NCBI GenBank assembly: GCA_964247055.1
Contig: OZ176057.1
Location: 6,076,001-6,140,000, forward strand
DNA: 64,000 nucleotides
Origin: Paragordius varius
Taxonomy: Eukaryota; Animalia; Nematomorpha
Direction: 5' to 3'
This document shows, piece after piece, positions 11,890-21,840 of this stretch. Under the pieces are notes generated by a model. The model saw nothing but the letters and a program-made list of their open reading frames with translations, searched no databases and was not told the DNA's origin. Position 1 is the stretch's first letter; every line of letters begins with the position of its first letter. A program made the translations under genes and the position numbers.

Positions 11890-12862
11890 AGTTTATGGGC
11901 TGGGCTTATGTAAATCAAAGCAATTCTTTATTTTTTAATGGTTTTACTAAAACTGCAATATAAAGCTAAATTTGGGTTTTATATATGGAAGTAAACTGCT
12001 AATTTGTAAAGTAACCGCAAAAATTTATATTTAAAGTAGAATAGTTTGAAAGCAAATTTTTTTGTTAGGACGGTTAAAACTCTTAATCTGGGCTTTTTCG
12101 GGGAATGAGCTAATTTTATTACGGGTTTTGAACAATTTTGTTTGGATATACGATCTAATAATATTTTTTATACATTCAGAAACAAAAACTTGACAGAGAA
12201 CATAAAGACTCATCTCTCAATTTTATTTGACTACAAACTTCATTATTTCTGCAGTCTTTGATCATATGATTTTGGCTGATCGAAATTAAAAGCTCCTTGG
12301 GTTTTAATAATTTGTAAAGTAAAACCGCAAAATTTAAATTGAAAGCGATTTTTTTCTGCATTAGGACGCCTTTTCGGGACATTTCAGCTATTTTTTTACA
12401 GGGTTTGATTAATCTAGTTAAATATTTTAAGGCGAGTTTGTGGGTTAGGGTTATGTGGGGGTTCATTTAGAGTTTTGTTGTCACTTTTATATAAATAATT
12501 GCCGAATTATAAATAAACCGCAAAATAAATGTTATGCTATTATTTTCTAACCTCGAATCTAATAATATTTTTTATCATTTTTTATACATCAGAACAAAAC
12601 AAATTGATCAACTAGACATGAAATAAAACTAACTCACACAAGAATGAATATGAAACTAATGACTGAACTACACAAGAAAAACATACACAAGAATGAATAT
12701 GAAACAATCACAATGAATGAAGAACAATTTATATAATAAGATTCAATAAATGATGATAATGTTTGATATCTTGTTTTTTTAAAAAAAATTAAAAAATATA
12801 AATAAATATATATAACCCCCCCTCCCCCCAAAGGGCGAGAAAAAAAAATTAAAAAATATTCT

Positions 12863-12924
12863 AAGTCCAAAATTTTATTTTGAGCGTCCGGGAGTAAGAG
12901 TGCTCAAAATACAATTTTGGACTT
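12863..12924. other. Hairpin: 23-bp stem (1 mismatch), 16-nt loop
   Basis: AAGTCCAAAATTTTATTTTGAGC / GCTCAAAATACAATTTTGGACTT. Also at 39465-39526 and 58861-58922. Confidence 0.95.
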
Positions 12925-12933
12925 GGGGGCCTG

Positions 12934-13136
12934 CAACAAACTCTCATTTTACTTGTGGAGAGTTTTTGCGCCAACTCTCTAATGGGAGGAATAAATCCTC
13001 CTTAACACAAGTAAGGAAAACAACTCTTTCATTAACAAGAGCTGATTTTCCCCACCCTTGTAAAGGAGGATTTATTCCTCCCATTAGAGAGTCATTTGGC
13101 CCAAAAACTCTCCACAAGTATAATGAGAGTTTGTTG
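12934..13136. other. ~200-nt imperfect palindrome with nested sub-palindromes
   Basis: 12934-12968 pairs with 13102-13136 (35 bp, 1 mismatch). 12975-13003 pairs with 13063-13091 (29 bp, perfect). Inner ACAAG/CTTGT, GGAAAA/TTTTCC and CTCTT/AAGAG stems. Confidence 0.95.
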
Positions 13137-13531
13137 TGCAATCATCCCCAATGAGCTCATTGAGTGCGTCTTGCCATCCATCAGCTCCAGGCACGATTTG
13201 CCTTCTCCCCATCGCCTTGTGTCAGGTATCGCCCAACAGATCTCTCCTCCCCAATGTGCCAAAGTCCATCAACACCTAAAAATTAAGATTACCTCGCAAT
13301 AAGTAGGTTCCTCTTCCTGTATCGCTCCATCAATCGTCCAGTCCCAAATCCCCAGCATTTGATCTGTCCAGGGCTTCTAGATTCCGCAATGTACGCTTTT
13401 CTCGCGGAGTTTATCCCATTACACCTAAATAATACATTTACCTCATAAAAAATTCCTTCGGTTCGATCCTTAATTCGCGTAACAATCCTTGGTTGATAGT
13501 CTTGATTCACGTCCCCATCCCTTGGTGCCAT
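13090..13531 (-). pseudogene. GC-richer, probably decayed coding segment with two 17-nt GT-AG intron-like inserts; product unknown
   Basis: GAG|GTAAATGTATTATTTAG|GTG (13441-13425) and GAG|GTAATCTTAATTTTTAG|GTG (13292-13276), separated by 132 nt (44 codons). The spliced frame has G-first codon bias but contains internal TAA, TAG and TGA. Confidence 0.35.
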
Positions 13532-14275
13532 TGGAGAAGAAGGCCTAAAGCCTTCAAAATAGCTTTTTCAATCAGCATTTACATATAAATATTTTTCTGA
13601 TTGCAATCATAGGTGCTTAAACCACTCAATAAATCCATATATGTACTTTTGTTTTCCAAATTGCAAATTACATAAACTAACAATTTTGTGAACACTTAAG
13701 CTTGTCCTTAGATCTTCTTTTTAATTAATTTTGAATTTCTTTATTAGCTCAATTCTATTTTATATGCTCTCTTTATCTATTAAATCAGCGGAATTGGTTG
13801 GAATATGCTAATATATTTTATATGGGGTGCTATACAATTAATGTATTGCCTGCATAAATATGATATATTAAATTTTGCACATGGAATGCACAAGTTCATT
13901 TAATTCATCTGATTATCACTACGATTATACCGATGTCACTAGTCAATTCAAAGTTATTCCACAGAAATCTTAGCCCTCTTAATAATGAAAAAATATTTGG
14001 AAATTCTATTATCAAATACATAATAAATGGATATCATGTCATTTTACTTCAAAATTTTAAATTATTCCTAAGATGTGGAATATATAATTTTCCAGAACCA
14101 ATTACGCTAAAATATCGTTGAGCAAATCGCTGATTTTGGCTTACAAACTTGCACAGTATATTATATTATAAATTTAATTTAGGTTGACGTGTGCATAGAT
14201 GCTTTTGACAATTTGAGGAGGGTATATTATTAACTGTGCAAAATATATGTAATATTCCCCCTCACTGTAACACAG

Positions 14276-17200
14276 GCTTGTTTGCCCACGATCACATGAG
14301 TTAAGTATCTAAAAAAGAGGCGATCAGTTCTGAACCGACTTTGCTTGAAATGGTCACCAAAGCAGTTGACATTTTATCCAAAGACGACGCGGGATATTTT
14401 TTATTGGTCGAAGGTATATATTATATATCGATATTTTTCATTTATATTCAAAAATGAAACCGTAATTCTGAAAATATAACTTTTGTACCTTTTTTAAATA
14501 TGTTGATTGTTTGATTTTTAAATATTTTTTTATCTTATTTGATGGTTTATTTTAATTCTTCAAGTAATAGCGTACACCAAACTGTGACTTATTAAATAAT
14601 AATTACAATACAAATTATCAACACATATTATCAAAAAATAAATAGGAACAAAACACAAAAAATTAATTTGGATATGAAATAAAACGGTTTCGGCTTAGAA
14701 GGAGCATATGTTTTTTATGGCCCTTTTTCTTAATTATTTAGATAAAGTTTTGCAACTATAATATTTTAAAATCGATTAATTATAAAATCAAATAAATTAT
14801 TGTTGATTTATCATAAACTAGTCACATTTTTTTGTCAAAATTTAGCCAAAATAAAATTATTTTACGACATTTAAATTTGGCCCCTAAAATTTCGGCTGTT
14901 TCAATTATCCAAAAAAATTTAAGATTTAAATTTCAATCTTGATTTTTAAACAGGAAGTCGCATAGATCACGCACATCATGAAGGGAAGGCCAGGCTAGCT
15001 TTGGAAGAAACGCTAGAATTGGAAAAAGTTGTTTCTTACCTTGTGGATCGAACTCAAAAATCAGCTGATCTGGATGGACAGCCTGATGAAGAAAATAAAA
15101 CAGCTGATGATGATTCTGAAACGTTAATTATAGTAACGGCTGACCATTCACACGTGTTTAATCTTGGGGGCTATCCGTTAAGAGGAAACCCTATTTTTGG
15201 TTAATATTTCTTAAAAAAATTTGCTTTATGTATCCTTAACCATATATTAATCACATATTTAATGGGATGATAATTAATAGTTAAAGGCATTAAAACTACC
15301 GATTTTGTTGAGATCAGTCCTTTTACTTTTTTTAAATTTTTTTAATATAATTCGAGTCATGTTTTTCATTTTTAATAAATATAAATAACTTTGATTTTCA
15401 ATTTTACCACATTATACAAAAACAATTGGTTAAAAGAACCCGAAATCAGAACCATTTGTTGGTGTAAGAGTTTAAATTATTTTGGGAAATAAATTCTTTG
15501 GTACGGAATGGAATACTTATAACATATGGTTATCTGTTAATCCTTCTAATAAAAATGTGATATTTGCTGTTTTTAACATATTAAAACGTTTTATTATAAT
15601 ATTTCCTAACAAAGAACCTTAAATTGACATTTCACAGGACATGCTTTTTTCTATTACCTTAAATTTTAGGTTTAAACCGAGAATATCTAACGCGGGAATT
15701 TGAATTATCTGATGTAGATGATCTGCCATATACACCGTTAACGTATGGGAACGGACCTGGCGGGCTAAACACTAAAATTTATAACCAAAGGCCCGATGTT
15801 AGAAACACAAAAATTGGTTTTTTACATCTATGAAGTTGTTTTGTAACTGCCATAATAATACAACAATCTTTATTTCAATTAAAATTTAATTTGAAACTAA
15901 AATTTTAATTGTAAGTTATAAAGACAAAACCTAAAAACACATATGTTTCTTACAAAGAGTTTTTTTGTGATAATATAACGTAAATCAAATGTAAATAAAT
16001 ACAGTATGCATTTTAATGGTTGCTTATTTCACAGCTCTATAGTTGGGGGCAATATCCACAAAAGTGTAACCAAATGTTGAATAAACTTTTATTTCTTTCT
16101 ATTGTGCCACTAATATACATTTCTATTTCTTAATCATAAAATTGAGGGTTAGAAAAGTATGGCTAAAAATAATTGTCTTTTAGCATTTATGATTTATCTT
16201 TATAATTTCAATTTTTGATGTTACAATTTTTATAAAATTTATACTTTAAAGGCCAAAACATACTAAAAGAGTTATTACACAGTTTTAAGATTTACTATGG
16301 TTGTCTTTTTTTAAAATAAACTATCAATTGGTATTTCAACATAATGGAAATTATTTAAAACATAAATTATAATAACTTAAAATCATTGAACTTAAAAAGA
16401 TCACTAAATTCAAATTTTCACTAAAATATATGCCGAATTTTACTTTGTGGAATTATAAATTTTATTAAATTTAGTAATAATAAATTTTTATCAGATGATC
16501 CCGATTATCAAGCTCAAGCGGCTATACCTTTAAGTGAGGAAAGCCATGGAGGCGAAGATGTGCCTGTATATGCAATAGGTATTTATAAAACAAAATTTTT
16601 ATTTAAACATTTTTATTTTTATAAAAGTTTTTTGGAAAAAAATATAAAAATATTTATAAAAATTTTTGAAAACTTTATTTAGATCGTTGGGTTACATATA
16701 TATAGAAAGTAAAAATTGAAATTATCCGGGTAATAGGTAAAAATGTAATGACAATTTTTATTTGAAAAACACCATACTTTTTAAAGTTAATTTACCCTAT
16801 AAAAATAATTTATGTAAAAAAATCTTTATCATTTAAATTTAACTTTTTTCATTTTAAACAATCAGTTTTACAAAATTGTTATCGTTTAGAAAAACTATTG
16901 TCTTTGTTGCTAAATAGCACATACAACAAAGGGCAGTATTATTGGCTTATAGTTATTTTTTAACTTTTTCTATCAAATAATTCTCTTTGCTGCATATGCT
17001 ATTTGGCAATAATAAATAGCTTTGCATCAATATATATACTTAATCATAGTGTATTTAAGTTTGGTCCTTTTAATTTCAATTTCATAATGTCTGTCAAATT
17101 TGGGGCTGTTTACATGTTTAAGGGACTACCTTATTTGTTTTTTGCAATTTTAAACATTAAATTTAAAAAGTATGGCTGTCTTTTAAAAAAAGAAACATAT

Positions 17201-17374
17201 TTAGGTTTTGTCCGTATAATTTATTTTTACTGTACTTATATTCGAATACGATATTGCTTAGGACCAAATGCTCATTTGTTTAGTGGAACGTTTGAACAAC
17301 ATTACATAAATCACGCCATGTCGTATGCCAGCTGTGTTGGTCCTTACATCCACGAAAAACATTGCTCAAAATAA
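14276..17374 (+). pseudogene. ALP: Alkaline phosphatase, 3' half only, with nonsense codon (copy 1)
   Basis: Exons 14276-14413, 14954-15199, 15670-15816, 16495-16578, 17262-17374, all phase-1 GT-AG. Motifs VEGSRIDHAHHEG, TADHSH, YGNGPG, YQAQAAIPL, ESHGGEDV, GPNAHLFSGTFEQ, YASCVG. TAA at 14302-14304 where copy 2 has TAC. No N-terminal exons found. Confidence 0.92.
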
Positions 17375-17834
17375 TTTATTTTACTTTTTTTATAATGTTT
17401 TATTTTTTCCAAACACACCAAAATTATAAATTTCTTAGCTTTTTTGTGCCATATAGTTTATATAAATCAATATATCATTTATTAAAATATTATGAATAAA
17501 TTGCAAAAGTGTTATATTTGGGTAACAATTGTAGTTAATCATTACATTCAATTCTTTGGCAAAAGAATTTTAGTGTCTATTACATATAATATAAGATCAT
17601 AGAATATTGTAAAATATGATTTGTAGTCAAATAGCTGTTTAATATAGCAAAACAATAAAAGTCTTTAAGGATTGCGTAATCTTAACCAATAAAACATTAG
17701 TTTACAAATATCATATGCGTATGAAATGGCTTTTATTTTACATAGATAGTTATATGCTTTAAGTAAACGCTTAAAAAGTATAAATTCCAATCAAATCTTA
17801 AGGACTAGACACGTCCTAGAAACAAAGTTAGCAA

Positions 17835-18791
17835 CTATTTTTTGCCCTTTTTTTTATTATCAGGCGATGATCCTTTATCTTTTTTCTTTTGTTTGTCTTT
17901 GGAATCACTTGCGGGTGCCGGAGATTGTGATTCATCCCGTTTTCCACTTTTAGAGGACTTATCTTTTTTGGTGCCTGACGAGAGGGATTTGGTCAAATCT
18001 TTCGTTTTACTTGATTTTTTGTCTGTTGTCCCGGCGGCACTAATTTTAACACCACTTTCTTTTTTCTTGGCTTTTTTGTCTAAATTTGAATACATGTTTG
18101 ATTACAAAGCAGGGAAAACGATTTTGGGAAATAGGATATAAAATATTACTGTTTTTAATCAACACATTAAACCAAAAAATAAAACTAAAAAAATTTTTTC
18201 TCAAAACAATTATCTAAAGAAAATTTCTTTGGACGAGGTGTGTCAACACAAATGGCTCCTTTAGCCCGAATTCTTGGATAGAAAATTTAAACGGGCCGCA
18301 TTCACAAAATATGTGGCATTAAAAAATATTTTACTACAAACATAAACTGTAATGAATTAACATTTAATAGTTCATTGCCGAATTTCGGAAAGATTTTAGT
18401 CAGATTGTTTGAGAAAATCAATTCACTTTGATTTCGTAAAATTTTCTATCTTAAATTTCAGCGCAGTGTGTTGAACATCCTTAGAATTAACTTGGTCAAT
18501 CTAAAATTAATTAATCTACTAAACTAAAATCTTTGTATCAACACAAAAAATATTAAATTAAAAATAATCCATGTAAATTTAAGTCCATACCATCAATGTC
18601 ATGTTTTGAAGAGCTTTTTTTGGAGGTTCCCTTTTCATCGCCTCTACTCTTTGATTTGTGATGACTGCTTCCTTTTTTACGCTTTTTTTCATCCTCGGAA
18701 TAATCACGAGATTCATTAGGTGGCGTGTTTAATTCTGGGGTCGTCGTACTACCTCCTGGACTGCTTGAAGGGACGGGCTGATAACCAGGAC
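17835..18791 (-). CDS. Last two exons of an unknown Lys/Ser-rich low-complexity protein (copy 1)
   Basis: Exons 18791-18591 (GPGYQPVPSSSPGGSTTTPELNTPP...KHDID) and 18079-17835 (DKKAKKKESG...KKKGKK*). Canonical AG/GT, phase 1; the frame is conserved in copy 2. Upstream exons unresolved. Confidence 0.8.
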
Positions 18792-20920
18792 CTAGGGCAA
18801 AAGCAATTTGATTTTTATACTTGAACAAATTTTTTGGAATAAATTTGCTAAATTTCTGCTAGAGTTTTCAAAATTTTAGGTTAGATTATATTTTTTTCAT
18901 ACTTTAAGTTTAGCCGATTATTACTAACATTTGAAATAAAATAATATTATATTAAGCATAAATCCACTCCTTACATCTGTCGTGATCGAGTTTTTGAATA
19001 AATTAAATTGCTATATAATGGACTTTAATATTGATTTTGATTTGCAAAAACCGTTTAGCAACTGAAAGTAATTCGAGCAAAAAATGTGCATGGAAAATCA
19101 CTACGATACCCTTAATAGAACCGTGGCTTTAATTTTCAACAGTGTTCCAAAAAATTTAACAGATTTATTAATCTAAAAAATATTTGTAATCTTGATTTAT
19201 GATTTGTGCGAATAACATATTATACAAGCAAAAACCAAAATTTAATAAAACAATCATCAACTCTAAAATTGTCAAGACCAAAATCATTTTGTTTGGAATA
19301 GTTTATGTATGATAATTCTATTATTAACATTCTTTATGATACAATTAGCCATATACTCGTTGGATTTATATATAGCTGTAAAAAACCAATGGCGATTTTA
19401 CAATTTAACATCATATTTTTAAATATATATACCACCATATTTACCCGCAAGATAAAAACAGATTCGATAATATGTAATCAAAAACGATAAATAGTAATAA
19501 AATATTAAATCTTTAAAGTTATTAAATGAAATGACTAGATAATTTTATACAAAATATATTTAAAGGGATTTAATTAGAAATGTTGGTTTGTTAAGGAAGT
19601 GAATTAGACAAATACATATGTGAAATATTTATCAGAAAAATCGTTACATATACAGTAAATATTAAAAAATAAACGGAAAATACGTTATAAAATATAAAAA
19701 CTATTTTTTTTCAAATGGCAACCATATTTGCAAACTTAAAAGATTTTTGAAAAAATTTTAAACATTTTCAATTGCAAAATAAGGGGTAGATATATTGATT
19801 GTCATTAAAGTTTACAAAGGTTAAAATTGTAAAAACAAAAATAACATTTATATTTGCTACATACTGCAAGATCCAAATATTACGCTTAACTTCCATATTT
19901 GATACGGAATCAGGCCCACATTTGCTATTCGAATAAAGTTGAAGTTTTAGTTTGTTCAATTCGTGAATCCATTGAAAACTGTAAAATATTTTCAACTAAA
20001 CGCATTCTAAAAGCCATAACTTTTTCGAAACAAAGTAAACATATAATGAACCATTCTGCCCGAAAGATAAATTTTGTATTGTGAAGCAAATTTTTGAATT
20101 TATGTATGTATGAATACCACCTGGCATAAAAGAAATTAATTTGGATTAAAAAATTTGGACTTGAATAAAATTAGCTTATATCGTTAATGTTGATTTTTAA
20201 ATATAATTTATGTAGTATAACATGCAAAAATATTTTTGTCTCCAATAAAGATGAGAATATAAATAAATTTTTTTAATATGGATATTTTATATTTAAATTG
20301 TATTGATGCCTCTTATATATCACATCATGGGTAATTATATCGTAAAGGTCTGATAACTCATTGTAATCATATATATATATATATATAAATATGGGTAAAT
20401 ATTATTATCATTTCAAGGTTATTTGCTTACTAATATGAATCACTATTATACCAAAATAAAATAATAAAAGCTTTAAATTAATTATATACTCATAAAAGTA
20501 TATAATATATATATATATATATAGACAAGTTGACCAGATTCTCATTTCTTATTCTTTTTTATATATATTGAGAGTATTAACACCAATATTAACAATCCTT
20601 AGAAATAAAATATTTTGACCTAAATTATAATACTTTATTGCTTTACAAGTCTTCTTTTTAACCTAAAACAATTGCGATTTTTTACATAGAACTGAACAAC
20701 TTTTAATTGTTCTACTACTATTATCTAAAAAATTTATTATAAACCATTTCAAATTAAGATTTTGTGATAAAAATACTATATCATAACCAATTTTTTGGTT
20801 TCATAAATGGTTTTGTTAGGAATCATATCCTGGATTGATAAAATTATTTTTTTGTATTTGTATATAAGCGATTTTATAGTGATTTTAATTAAATTTAAAT
20901 GTAAAACAACATCGGATGTT

Positions 20921-21015
20921 CTTAGCCTGTTTCGCAGCCCGAGGAAGTCCTGTTTTTTTAGATAAATGAACCATCTCGAATGTCTAACCTAACCCTAGCT
21001 TACAAAGTCGAGAGC
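20921..21015 (+). mobile_element. Degenerate copy of twin-hairpin/telomere-like element
   Basis: GCCTGTTTCGCAGCCCGAGGAAGTCCTG...AAATGAACC...CTAACCTAACCCTAGC matches 21722-21840. Confidence 0.6.
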
Positions 21016-21721
21016 CTTATTCCGCATAAAAATTCTATGAATCTTATTTGACGCCAAAAACATATAAATAAATCTTGCACATATATTAATGATTAAATAT
21101 AATTTTTTTATTTAACATTTTATTCTTGACACCATGTAACTTAGAGCAATGCACAATTTTTCCTGCAGAAACCTAAAATTTTTAATAATTAAAACTTAAA
21201 ATGCCAAAAAAAGAAAAATTTTTTGAATATAGCTATGTTTATCATTAATTTCCTATTTTTAAATTTAAGTGGTCTAGTTTGGACAAAGCATTCCAGTTTT
21301 AAATAGTAATTAATTTTTAAATTTTAAAAAAACATTTAAAAATAATATAAGATTTGTTGGAAAAGTTTTATTAATTTGAAAATCAATCAAATAAATAACT
21401 GATAAAATCAATATGGAATTAGCAGAATACTTGCCAATAATTTGTAGCCAAATTTTCATTAAAGTAGATAAAAATTATATAACTTTGCCTAAACTATATA
21501 ATATATATATTAAGATTTGGATAATAAAAATTAAATGTAAACATTATGTAATTTTTGTAATTCTTTCTAGCTTTATGTATCCAATGCTCTTTACACCGAT
21601 CTCTAATTATTTCCTAAACAAATTCAACATATGTTACTTACCTCTCTATTATTAATAAATTTAAATTGATATTTTTATATTTAAGTACATAATTATCCAT
21701 AAATATAAGGTATAAGTAAAA

Positions 21722-21840
21722 AGAAAATGCGTGGGTCTCGGCCTGCTACGCAGCCCGAGGAAGTCCTGCGGACTTCTTTAAGGAAATGAACCAACTCCAA
21801 TCCCTCACCCTAACCCTAGCCCACAAACTCGAAACCTTAC
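21722..21840 (+). mobile_element. ~120-bp dispersed element: twin hairpins plus CCCTCACCCTAACCCTAGCCC (G4 motif on minus strand)
   Basis: Hairpins CTCGG-C-CTGC-TAC-GCAG-C-CCGAG and GAAGTCC-TGC-GGACTTC. G4 motif at 21802-21822. More than 10 copies or remnants in both orientations in the window. Mobile-element class is inferred, not shown. Confidence 0.65.

Noticed and set aside
13340-13375. RCC1-like motif (GQIKCWGFGTGRL) in the 80-aa ORF
   Set aside because: A single short resemblance with no repeats; cannot be supported without a profile search.
14183-14221. Candidate upstream ALP exon (VDVCIDAFDNLRR)
   Set aside because: Phase 0 end is incompatible with the phase-1 GLF exon; the phase-1 frame has TGA; no ALP similarity.
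14302-14304. Host stop-codon reassignment (TAA read as Tyr or Gln)
   Set aside because: The paralog has TAC here. No other in-frame TAA/TAG occurs in the ALP or Lys-rich exons, Gln is CAA/CAG, and the genes end in TAA/TAG. A simple nonsense mutation is the better explanation.
17478-17500. Opposed AATAAA signals implying overlapping 3' ends of the convergent genes
   Set aside because: The hexamer is too frequent in DNA this AT-rich to be informative without 3'-end data.
17842-18141. Plus-strand F/L-rich ORFs (also 44418, 63390)
   Set aside because: Antisense shadow of the Lys-rich exon.
21722-21840. Hammerhead ribozyme or tRNA-derived SINE identity for the twin-hairpin element
   Set aside because: No CUGANGA/GAAA core. 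The B-box-like GGTTCATTTCC is weak, with no convincing A box or tRNA fold.
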